64,000 nucleotides of DNA, taken from contig PMBI01000082.1 of the NCBI GenBank assembly GCA_003153775.1, forward strand, positions 46,130-110,129, in the 5' to 3' direction. The first letter of the stretch is position 1; the number at the start of each line of letters is the position of its first letter. The translations under genes were made by a program, and so were the position numbers. The DNA is from Syntrophaceae bacterium (GTDB lineage Bacteria > Desulfobacterota > Syntrophia > Syntrophales > UBA2185). Below the pieces are notes generated by a model. It was not told the DNA's origin and did not search any database. It saw nothing but the letters and a program-made list of their open reading frames with translations. Of the stretch, positions 54,679 to 64,000 are shown one piece after another.

Positions 54679-57600
54679 ATGGATGTCAGCAGAAGAGGTT
54701 TCTTGAAGATCTCCGGCGCTGTTCTGGCGACGAGCGGAATCGGCATAAGCTTGAAGCCCGTATCCGCCCATGCCCAGCCGCTGAAGATCAAGTACACTAA
54801 AGAGACCACAACGGTCTGTCCTTACTGCTCCGTCGGATGCAGCATTATTGTTGCTACACGGGAGGGCAAGGTCATCAACACGGAAGGCGATCCGGACAGC
54901 CCCATTAACAAAGGTTCTCTGTGCAGCAAGGGCGGGTCCATCTACCAGATGTCCGTCAACGAGAACCGTTTGGGAAAGCCTCTCTACAGGGCGCCCTATG
55001 CCACGGAATGGACGGAAATGGAATGGGAAGAGGCGCTCGAGAAGATTGCAGCAAATATCAAGAAAAGCCGTGATGCGAGCTTCAAGTCCAAGAATGATAA
55101 GGGCGAGACCGTAAACCGGACGGAAGGCATCGCCTCAGTCGGAAGCGCCGCCATGGATCTCGAAGAGTGTTACACCTATCAGAAATTTCTAAGGGGGTTA
55201 GGTCTGGTCTATATCGAACACCAGGCCCGTATCTGACACAGCCCGACTGTACCGGCTCTGGCAGAGTCGTTCGGACGCGGCGCAATGACAAACCACTGGG
55301 TTGATTTTAAGAACAGTGACGTGATTCTCATCATGGGAAGCAACCCCGCTTCCAACCACCCTGTTTCCTTCAAGTGGATACAGGAGGCCATGGACAAGAG
55401 GGGGGCAAGGGTGCTCAGCGTGGACCCGAGGTTTACCCAGTCCTCGGCAAAGGCACATGTGTATGCACCTCTGCGGTCGGGGACTGATATCGCCTTTCTT
55501 GGCGGTATGATAAAGTACATCATCGATAACAATCTTCACTTCGCAGAATATGTGAAGAATTATACCAATGCCTCCTTCCTGGTTAATCCGGCCTTCAAAC
55601 TTCCGGGAGACAATAACGGCGTGTATTCAGGATTGGAAGGCAGCAAGTACAACAAGGATACCTGGTCCTATCAGACCGGGCCAGGCGGAGTGATAAAGAA
55701 GGATACGAGCCTGCAGGATCCCCACTGTGTGTTCCAGCTTCTGAAAAAGCATTATTCCCGATATACCCCGGAACTCGTTTCCAGGATCTGCGGGACGCCC
55801 CAAGAGAAGCTTTTAGAAATTTATAAGGAGTATGCATCAACGGGGAAGCCTGACAAGGCGGGTGTCGAGCTTTACGCCATGGGCTGGACGCAGCATACCG
55901 TCGGGACGCAGATGATCCGCACCATGTGCATGGTTCAACTTCTTCTGGGCAATATGGGTATCGCCGGCGGCGGTGTCGCAGCCATGAGGGGCGAGTCCAA
56001 TGTCCAGGGCTCGACGGATCATGGCCTGCTGTTCCACATCTGGCCGGGATATATCGGGGCTCCTACGGCGTCCTTAAAGACACTGAAGGAGTTCAACGAA
56101 AAAAGAACACCCACCACCAAGGAGAAGACCAGCCTGAACTGGTGGAAAAATTTTCCGAAGTACTCGGCAAGTTTCCTGCGTTCCATGTACGGGACAAATG
56201 CCACCCTCGAAGAGGCCTATGGCTTGATGCCCAAACTCGATGACGGCGTTAATTACTCCTGGCTCATGATCTTCGACCAGATGTACAAGGGTAAGTTTAC
56301 GGGCTTCTTCGCCTGGGGCATGAACCCTGCCTGCAGCGGCGCCCACGCGAATAAAGTCAGACAGGCCATGGGAAAACTGGACTGGATGGTGAATGTCAAT
56401 CTCTTTGACAATGAGACCGGTTCTTTCTGGAGAGGTCCGGGAATGGACCCGACCAAGATTAAAACTGAGGTCTTCCTGCTGCCATGCGCCTCTTCCATCG
56501 AGAAGGAAGGGAGTCTTGCCAACAGCAGCCGGTTGATGCAGTGGCGCTATAAGGCTGTGGAACCCCCCGGAGTGGCCAAGCCGGATGGCGACATCATGAG
56601 CGAGCTATTCTTCAAGGTCAAAGCACTTTACGAAAAACAGGGCGGCCCTTATAAAGAACCCCTGACGCAACTCACATGGCCCTATGGTAAGAAGACGCTG
56701 GATGGCCATTACCACTACGACCCCCACATGGTGGCTAAGGAGATCAACGGGTTCTTCCTCGCCGACAAGAAGGTCGAGAATCCCACCAAGAAGGGCGACT
56801 TTAAGGAGTTCAAGAAGGGCGATCCTGTCCCCACCTTCGCCTGGCTTCAGGATGATGGTTCGACATCATCGGGAAGCTGGGTCTACTGCGGCTCCTATGC
56901 CGATAAGGGAAATATGGCGGCGCGCCGCGGCACAAAAGACGCATCCGGTATCGGTCTCTTTTCCGAATGGGCCTGGTCCTGGCCCGTCAACCGCAGGATA
57001 ATTTATAACGGCGCCTCCGTAGATCTGAACGGCAAGCCATGGGATCCCAAACGCCCGGTCATCGCATGGAATGGCGAGAAGTGGGTAGGCGATGTGCCGG
57101 ACGGTGTCGGCGATCCCGGTTCGGGAAGACCGCCTTTCATCATGAAGCCTGACGGCGTGGCCAGTCTCTTTGGACCGGGTCTGGTGGACGGTCCTTTCCC
57201 GGAGCATTACGAACCTCTCGAGTGTCCCGTCGAGAAGAACATCCTTTCTCCCCAGAAGCACAACCCCGCCATCCGCCGCTTTGATAAGCCCGGCGTCGGC
57301 TCCGAGATGGATGTTTACTCCGGTGTTACGGGTTGTGACCCGCGGTACCCCTTCATTTGCAGCACATACAGGGTCAGTGAACATTGGCAGACGGGTGTGC
57401 TCACCAGATGGTGCCCGTGGCTCGCGGAAATGCAGCCGGGCATGTTCGTGGAGATGAGCGTGGAGCTGGCCAGGGACAAGGGTATCAAGAACGGCGAGAA
57501 GGTAATCGTGAAATCTGCACGAGGTGAGGTTGAGGCTACGGCCATAGTCACACCGAGGTTCAAGCCTTTCAATATCGACGGTAACATCATTCACGAAGTG

Positions 57601-57789
57601 GGCATTCCCTGGCATTTTGGCTGGATCACCCAGGCGCGACCAAAAAAGAAGTACGGGAAGCTGGACAAGAAGCCTCAGGTGTTTACTTACGGGGATGCGG
57701 CCAATCTGCTGACGCCGACGATTGGCGATGCCAATACCATGATACCCGAGAGCAAGGCGTTCATGGTCAATGTCGTGAAGAGGGGGTGA
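54679..57789 (+). CDS. fdnG: Formate dehydrogenase catalytic subunit (FdnG-type, periplasmic, selenocysteine-containing)
   Basis: The Tat signal is SRRGFLK and the 4Fe-4S motif is CPYCSVGCS. An in-frame TGA at 55234-55236 lies within EHQARI-U-HSPTVPALAESFGRGAMTNHW. Track ORFs 54610..55236 and 55285..57789 share a frame with no other stop between them. Confidence 0.9.
55237..55280 (+). promoter_or_regulatory. Putative SECIS hairpin
   Basis: An imperfect stem-loop (cgactg tacc ggctct ggca gagtcg) begins about 8 nt after the UGA. Confidence 0.5.
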
Positions 57790-57794
57790 GATAA

Positions 57795-58589
57795 ATGACA
57801 GAGAAAATTAAACTCTTTGATACATCGAAATGCACCGGCTGCCGCAGTTGTCAACTGGCATGCAAGCAGTGGAATCAACTGGCGGCTAAGCAGACAAGGA
57901 ATACGGGAACCTATCAGAATCCCCCTGACCTCCAGCCGAATACCTACCTTGTCATGAGATTTCAGGAGATGGATGATCCCAAGGCAGGAGTCAAGTGGTT
58001 CTTCCGGCATCATGCCTGCATGCACTGTACTGATGCGGCATGCGTGAAGGTGTGCCCGTCAGGGGCTCTTTACTACACGGACATGAAAACCGTCGGCCTG
58101 AATCGGGCAATATGCATCGCCTGCAAGGAATGCGTCACGGCCTGTCCCTTTGACATCCCCAGATACGATGACAAAACCGACAAGGTATATAAGTGCGATA
58201 TGTGCGAAAGCAGGATCGGCAATAATATGGAACCTGCCTGCGCCAAGGCCTGTCCAACAGGAGCGCTCACCTGGGGAGATAAGGACAAGCTGATGAAAGC
58301 GGCCTATAAGAGGGCGAAGGACTTAGGCGGCGATGCCAAGGTATACGGAGACAAGTTTGTAGACGGCACACATCTGGTATACGTGCTCCAGGAAAAGACT
58401 GCCCTATACTCTGCACTTCCGACTAATCCCTCCGTGCCGCTCTCCATCGTGCTGTGGAAGGATGTACTGAAACCACTCGCCCTGCTTGCCGCGGGCGGCG
58501 TCCTGGCGGGATCATTCCTGCACTATATCATCCACGGGCCCAAGACCCCGGATGAAGATGGCGCGAACAAAATGGAAGGGGGTGAATAA
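57795..58589 (+). CDS. fdnH: Formate dehydrogenase iron-sulfur subunit (FdnH-type, 4x[4Fe-4S], C-terminal TM anchor)
   Basis: 264 aa with CTGCRSCQLAC, CMHCTDAAC, CIACKECVTACP and CDMC...CAKACP motifs, plus a hydrophobic C-terminal helix. Confidence 0.88.
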   Translation: MTEKIKLFDTSKCTGCRSCQLACKQWNQLAAKQTRNTGTYQNPPDLQPNTYLVMRFQEMDDPKAGVKWFFRHHACMHCTDAACVKVCPSGALYYTDMKTVGLNRAICIACKECVTACPFDIPRYDDKTDKVYKCDMCESRIGNNMEPACAKACPTGALTWGDKDKLMKAAYKRAKDLGGDAKVYGDKFVDGTHLVYVLQEKTALYSALPTNPSVPLSIVLWKDVLKPLALLAAGGVLAGSFLHYIIHGPKTPDEDGANKMEGGE

Positions 58590-58591
58590 TC

Positions 58592-59248
58592 ATGAAGAAA
58601 GGATTAATTCAGGCTACGGATTGGTATGAGAGATTAGTCCACTGGATGCTGGCGCTTTCCTGCCTGTTCCTGTGTCTCACGGGATTGGCCATGATGTTTC
58701 ATTCACTCAACTCTATCGCGAATCTCATGGGCGGGCTCACGGTCACGAAGTATCTGCACAACTTTACGGGTCTCCTTTTCGCGTTGGCCCTTCTTTTGGC
58801 CATCAAGATGTGGTGGCAGGAAGCTGGCGTTTTTTCCATGCCGGAAGACCTGGAATGGATGATGGTGGCCGGAGGCTATCTATGGCACGTGGATAAGGTT
58901 CCTGAGGTGGGGAAATACAATCCCGGGCAGAAGATGTTCTTTCTGGCTGTGGCCATCTTCGGTTTGGTCATGGTCATTACGGGGCTCATCATGTGGTTCC
59001 CCTTGATATTCCCGGCAATGCTGGTGCGATGGTTGTTTGTCCTCCATGCCCTCGGGTTCGTGGTGATCTTTGCGTTCTTCTTTGTTCATCTTTACCTGGG
59101 GACCATCGGCTCTCCCGGCTCCGCACCCGCAATGTTCTCCGGCTGGGTTACGAGGGCCTGGCTCAAGAAGCAGCATCCCAAGTGGTTGAAGGAGATGGAA
59201 GAGGAAGGCACGCTCGTGGTTTCCGGTGAGGAAAATAAGGCACATTGA
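58592..59248 (+). CDS. fdnI: Formate dehydrogenase cytochrome b subunit (FdnI-type)
   Basis: 218 aa, 4 TM segments, with conserved His in the RLVHW, YLHNF and VLHALG...HLY contexts. Confidence 0.85.
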   Translation: MKKGLIQATDWYERLVHWMLALSCLFLCLTGLAMMFHSLNSIANLMGGLTVTKYLHNFTGLLFALALLLAIKMWWQEAGVFSMPEDLEWMMVAGGYLWHVDKVPEVGKYNPGQKMFFLAVAIFGLVMVITGLIMWFPLIFPAMLVRWLFVLHALGFVVIFAFFFVHLYLGTIGSPGSAPAMFSGWVTRAWLKKQHPKWLKEMEEEGTLVVSGEENKAH

Positions 59249-59273
59249 CATTTGAAATATTTGGCATATAGCA

Positions 59274-59312
59274 AAAGAGCGCTGTCCGTTTCTGAGCAGC
59301 GCTCTTTTTTTG
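59274..59312. terminator. Bidirectional intrinsic terminator
   Basis: 11-bp stem aaagagcgctg / cagcgctcttt flanked by A- and T-runs. It lies between convergent fdnI and the acyl-CoA synthetase gene. Confidence 0.75.
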
Positions 59313-59326
59313 TCTTCGTTGCATCG

Positions 59327-61495
59327 CTACAAACGGGGCTTGATCATGCCCGCCATCCTCGCCCATCGGTAAAGAGCGCCGAGCACCACTACGGCTTTTT
59401 CGGACGAATATGCAAAAGCAGGAACGCCGTGTGTTTCCAGAAGGGAGGCGGCACTCTCAACCTCGACATCACCCGACAGGGACGCAACAATCGGCTTCGG
59501 CGCTTTCAGTGACTCGGCCGCTTTCTTCGCCCTTATCACGGTTTCGGCAAAGACCATGGGCGGTGTAATCAGGGTATGCCAGTAGCCGAGGATCAGGGCG
59601 TCGATGCGGTCGTCTTCAAGGGCGAGCCGGATCGTGGCTTCATAAGTTTCCGGCGGCTCGCCGCCTGTGATATCAACGGGGTTTCCCGTGGCGCCGAAAG
59701 GCGGAATGAACTTCTTGAAGGCCTCATCCAGGTCTTTTTCCAAATGCATGAGCTGAAGCTGATGCTTGCTGCATGCATCAGCGAGGAGGACGCCCAAGCC
59801 TCCGGCGCCCGTAACGATTAGCACGTTCTCGCCTTTGGGGGCCGGCATTTTTCCCAGGCTCCGGGCGCAGTCCAGAAGGTCTTCGAGATTGGCGACCCTG
59901 ACTATCCCTGCTTTGGCGAAGGCAGCGCTGTAGATCCTGTCGTCTCCCGCCAGAGCCCCCGTGTGGGAAAAGGCGGCCCTTTCTCCTAACGAAGTGGCCC
60001 CGGCCTTGAGTGCGATGATGGGCTTCTGCCGGCTTATCTTTGCGGCGGCTCTTACAAAGGCGATACCGTCCTTTATGTCTTCCACGTGCATGGCGATCAC
60101 CTTCGTATTTTCGTCCTGGCCGAAGAACTCGATCAGGTCATCTTCATCTACGTCGCACTTATTTCCCACACCGACGATGGCCGAGACACCCATCCTGTTG
60201 GAGCGGCTGTAGCCGATGATGGCCATGCCCACACCGCCGCTCTGGCATGACAGGGCCGTCGGCCCCTTCTCCGTATAGGGCGTACAGAAAGTCGCGCAGA
60301 GGTCCGCCGGTGTGTAATATATACCGAAAATATTTGGTCCGAGGATGCGAACCCCGCTCTTCATGGCTGTTTCGACGAGTTCCCTCTGGAGGTCGTTATT
60401 GCCGATCTCGGCAAAGCCCGAGGAGATCACGATGGCGCCGGCCACCCCCTTTTCTCCGAGAGCTATGACCGCATCGGCAACATTCTTCGCCGGTATCACA
60501 ATCACAGCGACATCAACCTTGCCGGGAATCTCCCGGACGCTCCTGTAGCATTTCAGTCCCAATATCTCATCCGCTTTGGGATTTATGGGATAGATTTTTC
60601 CCTTGTAGCCGCCGTCGATGATATTCTTCACTGTGGAGTATCCGAGTTTTGCAGGATCGCCGGAGGCTCCGATGATCGCTATCCCCGCCGGTGAAAATAT
60701 CCTCTTCATGCCTGTTATGATTTCTTCGGAAGAGTATGTCGTATCGGCAATTTTTTTCGGTTCGCCAAGGGCCATGCGGGCATCAACGACGATGGCGCCT
60801 GCTGCAGATGCGATGACGGGGTTCAGGTCAACCTCAAGGATCTCCGGGTGGTCGGCCACAAGCGCCGAGAGCTTTTCTATGATGTCGGCTACGGCATTAA
60901 TATTTACCGCCGGTTTCCCGCGGAAATTGCCGAGGATTTTTCTGCCTCTGATCTCATGAGTCATGTCGAGTGAATCCTTCCGCGTGAGGGGAACAAGTTT
61001 GAAGCTTACATCTGCCGCGGCTTCAACAAGAATTCCTCCCAGGCCGAACATCACAGCATGACCAAACTGGCGGCTGAAGGTGGCTCCTATAACCAGTTCT
61101 ACTCCTTCGGGCACCATCTGATAGATCAACACTCCCCGGATGTCAGCCTTAGGTTTTTCCAGTCTCGCTTTCTTCAAGATATCGGTGAACGCGGAACGAA
61201 CGGCCTCAGCTGAACCAAGATTTACTCTCACTCCCCCAACGTCAGACTTGTGCGGGATATCAGGAGATACTATCTTCATCACGACAGGGTATCCTAACTT
61301 GCCGGCTATCTCGGCCGCTGATTCCGGATCGGTCGCCACCTGACCCGTTCTGACCGGGATGCTGCAAGCCGCGAGCACTTCCTTGCTCTCCACCTCCGTA
61401 AGCACAGCACGCCCCTGCCGCTTTGCCTCCGATAGAATTCTTGTCACTTCGCTTACCATGGGGCCCTCCTTTCGTAAGTCTTCATATATGGCCAC
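59327..61495 (-). CDS. ADP-forming acetyl/acyl-CoA synthetase, fused beta-alpha (permuted) domain order
   Basis: 722 aa. The ATP-grasp domain comes first (PVVMKIVSPDIPHKSDVGGVRVNL). The CoA-binding region follows (GIAIIGASGDPAKLGY...PINPK), with the phosphohistidine segment FSHTGALAG. Confidence 0.85.
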   Translation of the reverse strand: MAIYEDLRKEGPMVSEVTRILSEAKRQGRAVLTEVESKEVLAACSIPVRTGQVATDPESAAEIAGKLGYPVVMKIVSPDIPHKSDVGGVRVNLGSAEAVRSAFTDILKKARLEKPKADIRGVLIYQMVPEGVELVIGATFSRQFGHAVMFGLGGILVEAAADVSFKLVPLTRKDSLDMTHEIRGRKILGNFRGKPAVNINAVADIIEKLSALVADHPEILEVDLNPVIASAAGAIVVDARMALGEPKKIADTTYSSEEIITGMKRIFSPAGIAIIGASGDPAKLGYSTVKNIIDGGYKGKIYPINPKADEILGLKCYRSVREIPGKVDVAVIVIPAKNVADAVIALGEKGVAGAIVISSGFAEIGNNDLQRELVETAMKSGVRILGPNIFGIYYTPADLCATFCTPYTEKGPTALSCQSGGVGMAIIGYSRSNRMGVSAIVGVGNKCDVDEDDLIEFFGQDENTKVIAMHVEDIKDGIAFVRAAAKISRQKPIIALKAGATSLGERAAFSHTGALAGDDRIYSAAFAKAGIVRVANLEDLLDCARSLGKMPAPKGENVLIVTGAGGLGVLLADACSKHQLQLMHLEKDLDEAFKKFIPPFGATGNPVDITGGEPPETYEATIRLALEDDRIDALILGYWHTLITPPMVFAETVIRAKKAAESLKAPKPIVASLSGDVEVESAASLLETHGVPAFAYSSEKAVVVLGALYRWARMAGMIKPRL

Positions 61496-61684
61496 CGGTA
61501 TGTTATCAGTACTGCAAAAAGAGAATTACTTGCCTCCTATTTTATGGGCTGCATGATGGAAAAGTCAACTATATTAGAAATAAGAAAGGTGTCCATTACC
61601 ACTTTGGACTTGACAGGCGCGGGGATTTCAGCTAAAAACTGTGCCACGTAGTTAAGATTAACAACAATCAAGGGAGGAGACCTT

Positions 61685-61951
61685 TTGGCCACACATAAAT
61701 CCGCGGAAAAGAGGAGCAGGCAGAACGAGAAGAGACGCGTGAGAAACACGTCGGTAAAATCCAACATAAAGACGCACATGAAATCTGTACTATCAGCCGC
61801 TGAAACGAAAGATAAGAAGGGTTCGGAAACTGCCCTCGCCGCTGCGATACCTGCAATCTCCAAGGCTGCTGCCAAGGGCGTATTTCATAAAAAGACGGCT
61901 TCGCGAAAGATTTCGAGGTTAACCAAGAAGGTAAACGCCCTTAAGGGGTAA
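61685..61951 (+). CDS. rpsT: 30S ribosomal protein S20
   Basis: 88 aa beginning ATHKSAEKRSRQNEKRR. A TTG start follows gggaggag. Confidence 0.9.
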   Translation: MATHKSAEKRSRQNEKRRVRNTSVKSNIKTHMKSVLSAAETKDKKGSETALAAAIPAISKAAAKGVFHKKTASRKISRLTKKVNALKG

Positions 61952-61983
61952 TTGCCTTACATCCTTCTCTCAGAAAAATCCTA

Positions 61984-62490
61984 TCAAAAGCCAGACATCA
62001 TTAACCGGTATGCCTTCTCGGCTGCATCATTTGACAGCTTGGTGAGGGCGTTCGTCCGGTTTGTATCTCTGGTATTCAGGTCGGTGAAGGTGTAGTCCTG
62101 AATCGCCGTAAAATTCTTGTCATTCCAGATAAGCTTGTGAGAGTCCTGTTCTTCAAAGACGAGTTCCATTCCTACTGACAGGCGTTCTCCTGACGCCAGG
62201 CCTGTCCTCTGGTAAGAGAGAGGGGACGTTACGATGCTGTTCACGCTGCCCTTGAAGACCGCATCCGCAGTTTCACGCCGGTCGGACAGTGTGAACCTGC
62301 CTCCTATGATAAACTGATCAATGAAGGAATTTCTGATGGTATTTTCGACATTGGCCTCACTTGTCTTGTTGGTAAAGTTGTCGATGAATACCGTCTTGAT
62401 TTTTTTGTCGATATATTCGCCGCCGGGACTGAAGCGGTAGCCGCAGCCTGCAACGAAAAAGACTGACAGAAGAACTGCGATAACCGTCAT
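61984..62490 (-). CDS. lptE: LPS-assembly lipoprotein LptE
   Basis: I chose the ATG at 62490 (MTVIAVLLSVFFVAGCGYRF), which gives a lipobox. The position immediately downstream of leuS is the conserved gene order. Confidence 0.6.
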   Translation of the reverse strand: MTVIAVLLSVFFVAGCGYRFSPGGEYIDKKIKTVFIDNFTNKTSEANVENTIRNSFIDQFIIGGRFTLSDRRETADAVFKGSVNSIVTSPLSYQRTGLASGERLSVGMELVFEEQDSHKLIWNDKNFTAIQDYTFTDLNTRDTNRTNALTKLSNDAAEKAYRLMMSGF

Positions 62491-62545
62491 TCCGCGGAGA
62501 CGAAGCGACGGACGGCCTCCGTGAAAAATAACTTCTAATCGTTTG

Positions 62546-64000
62546 TTACTGAACGACGATATTAACGAGCTTCCTGGGAACATATATTTCTCTCACTACC
62601 TTCTTGCCAGAGATTAAACTGACAATCTTCTCATCATTGAGAGCAAGGGCTTTGATCTTCTCGCCGTCCTCATCCACAGGGACGACCATCCTGCTCCTCA
62701 CCTTGCCGTTTACCTGAATGACTATGGTTATTTCCTCTTCTGCGGCAACCTCGTGATCATATGCCGGCCAGGGAACGTCCGCCAGACTGCCTTCATAGCC
62801 CAATGCTTTCCAGAGCTCTGCTGTTACGTGAGGAACAATAGGCGCCAGCAATATTATTACCGTTTCAATAGTCTCTCTGATGACAGAGAGCGCGACCTTA
62901 TCTCCCTTTGCCGGCCTCTCGATCAGGTACAGGGCATTGACAAGTTCCATGACTGCGCTTATGGCCGTATTAAAATGAAAGCGGTCCTCGATATCACGTG
63001 TCACTTTCCTGATTGTCTGGTGGGTCTTTCGCCTCAGGTTCTTCAGTTCGCCTTCGAGTGTCTCGCCTCCGCCTGAGGATTTAACACCCTCGATGTCATC
63101 GCGGTAGTCCATGACAATCCGCCATGCCCTGTTGAGAAAACGGAACGACCCCTCGACCCCCTGGTCACTCCACTCGAGGTCCTTTTCCGGGGGCGCGGCA
63201 AAAAGGCAGAACATCCTTGCCGTGTCGGCGCCGTATTGCTTGATCAGGTAATCAGGGTCGACGACGTTCTTTAAAGATTTGGACATCTTTTCCGATTTGC
63301 CGATTGTGACCGCAGCCTCGCAGTGTTTGCACTTATCGTCCTTCACCTCTTCGGGGAATAGATAGCCGTGCTCCTGGCAGTGCGCCGTTTCCTTGCAGAC
63401 CATGCCCTGGGTCAGGAGATTGATGAAGGGCTCGTCGAAGTCAAGGACGCCGAAGTCTCTCAGCATCTTTGTATAGAACCGCGAATAGAGAAGATGGAGG
63501 ATGGCGTGCTCAATCCCGCCGATATACTGATCGACCGGCATCCAGTAGCCGACCTTTTTGCGGTCAAGACCGGGTTTCTCCGCGCACTGGGGCGAGCAGA
63601 AACGGTCAAAATACCAGGATGATTCTACGAACGTGTCCATGGTATCAGTTTCCCGTTTCGCCGCACTGCCGCACTTGGGACATTGCGTTTCCGCGAAGGC
63701 CTTGTATTTCCCGAGCGGCGACCCGCCTTCTCCCGTTAATTCCACGTCTCTCGGCAGGACTACGGGAAGATCGGTTTCCGGCACCGGCACTGTGCCACAC
63801 TTATCGCAGTAGATGATGGGAATCGGCGCCCCCCAGTAGCGTTGACGGGAAATACCCCAGTCCCGCAAACGATACTGTATGGTCTTCTTGCCCCGTCCCA
63901 TGGATTCGAGATATTCGGCGATCGCATCTAAGGCCTTCATATTTTCCATGCCGTTGAATTGTCCCGAATTGATGAGCATGCCTTCTTCCACGTAGGCCTC
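62546..64000 (-). CDS. leuS: Leucyl-tRNA synthetase, C-terminal part (5' end off-window)
   Basis: The KMSKS motif ([11 protein letters not shown]) and the class I anticodon-binding and C-terminal domains are present. The frame stays open to the window edge. Confidence 0.92.
   Translation of the reverse strand, partial: EAYVEEGMLINSGQFNGMENMKALDAIAEYLESMGRGKKTIQYRLRDWGISRQRYWGAPIPIIYCDKCGTVPVPETDLPVVLPRDVELTGEGGSPLGKYKAFAETQCPKCGSAAKRETDTMDTFVESSWYFDRFCSPQCAEKPGLDRKKVGYWMPVDQYIGGIEHAILHLLYSRFYTKMLRDFGVLDFDEPFINLLTQGMVCKETAHCQEHGYLFPEEVKDDKCKHCEAAVTIGKSEKMSKSLKNVVDPDYLIKQYGADTARMFCLFAAPPEKDLEWSDQGVEGSFRFLNRAWRIVMDYRDDIEGVKSSGGGETLEGELKNLRRKTHQTIRKVTRDIEDRFHFNTAISAVMELVNALYLIERPAKGDKVALSVIRETIETVIILLAPIVPHVTAELWKALGYEGSLADVPWPAYDHEVAAEEEITIVIQVNGKVRSRMVVPVDEDGEKIKALALNDEKIVSLISGKKVVREIYVPRKLVNIVVQ

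Noticed and set aside
54610-55236. A stand-alone 208-aa ORF that looks like a small FeS/Tat protein separate from the 834-aa molybdopterin ORF.
   Set aside because: It shares a frame with 55285-57789, and the TGA sits at the canonical Sec position. The two ORFs are one selenoprotein gene. The first 23 codons of the track ORF precede the RBS-supported ATG at 54679.

Overview
This 64-kb window looks like a chromosomal segment from an anaerobic bacterium. Gene content suggests a syntroph-like Deltaproteobacterium (Thermodesulfobacteriota), but that is inference only, because no search was run. All calls come from reading the sequence and the supplied ORF translations.

Gene order along the window:
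- 1-4.9 kb: the 3' part of an RND efflux pump, its NodT-type outer-membrane lipoprotein, and yjbQ.
- 4.9-10.4 kb: a visibly AT-richer accessory patch. It holds a cytoplasmic C39-like cysteine peptidase, a translationally coupled GNAT + DUF2156 (aminoacyl-tRNA transferase fold) pair, and a PIF1/RecD-type helicase with a C-terminal WYL domain. The three-gene cassette is bracketed by a ~135-bp imperfect direct repeat that contains a decayed yjbQ 5' fragment.
- 10.4-15.7 kb: transporters, a HAD hydrolase and an ADP-forming acyl-CoA synthetase.
- 15.8-17.3 kb: a bacterial cereblon-like CULT-domain protein, divergent from a secreted DUF4124 + C39-like peptidase.
- 17.4-21.6 kb: a cobalamin riboswitch with an intrinsic terminator, controlling cobC-cobU-cobT-cobS-cbiB.
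- 21.7-31.1 kb: an MFS transporter, an aminotransferase, an ABC-2 exporter, cobO, an M24 peptidase, a DUF2284 protein, a beta-CASP nuclease and a TonB-like protein.
- 31.2-35.1 kb: tadA, two tRNA-Ser genes, SRP RNA, dnaX, ybaB and recR.
- 35.3-41.4 kb: a seven-gene operon that fuses a four-subunit 2-oxoacid:ferredoxin oxidoreductase to a NuoE/NuoF/NuoG-N-terminal-like flavin/FeS module with no hydrogenase or formate dehydrogenase (FDH) catalytic domain.
- 41.7-45.6 kb: a second DUF2284, a GNAT, an OYE-type flavoenzyme, MarR and a QueG-like FeS protein.
- 45.7-53.8 kb: larC-larB-larE without larA, two secreted redoxins, and a Nik-type ECF metal importer. The importer has an MHIPDG N-terminus, a PDGLE protein, a His-rich ATPase tail and a co-transcribed outer-membrane barrel.
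- 53.8-59.2 kb: a ModE-like regulator, a long leader with a possible Moco/Tuco riboswitch, and a selenocysteine FdnGHI-type formate dehydrogenase.
- 59.3-64 kb: a second, domain-permuted ADP-forming acyl-CoA synthetase, rpsT, lptE and the 3' part of leuS.

A ~40-50-nt hairpin element recurs upstream of three unrelated genes. I recognised no CRISPR array, integrase, transposase or toxin-antitoxin pair.
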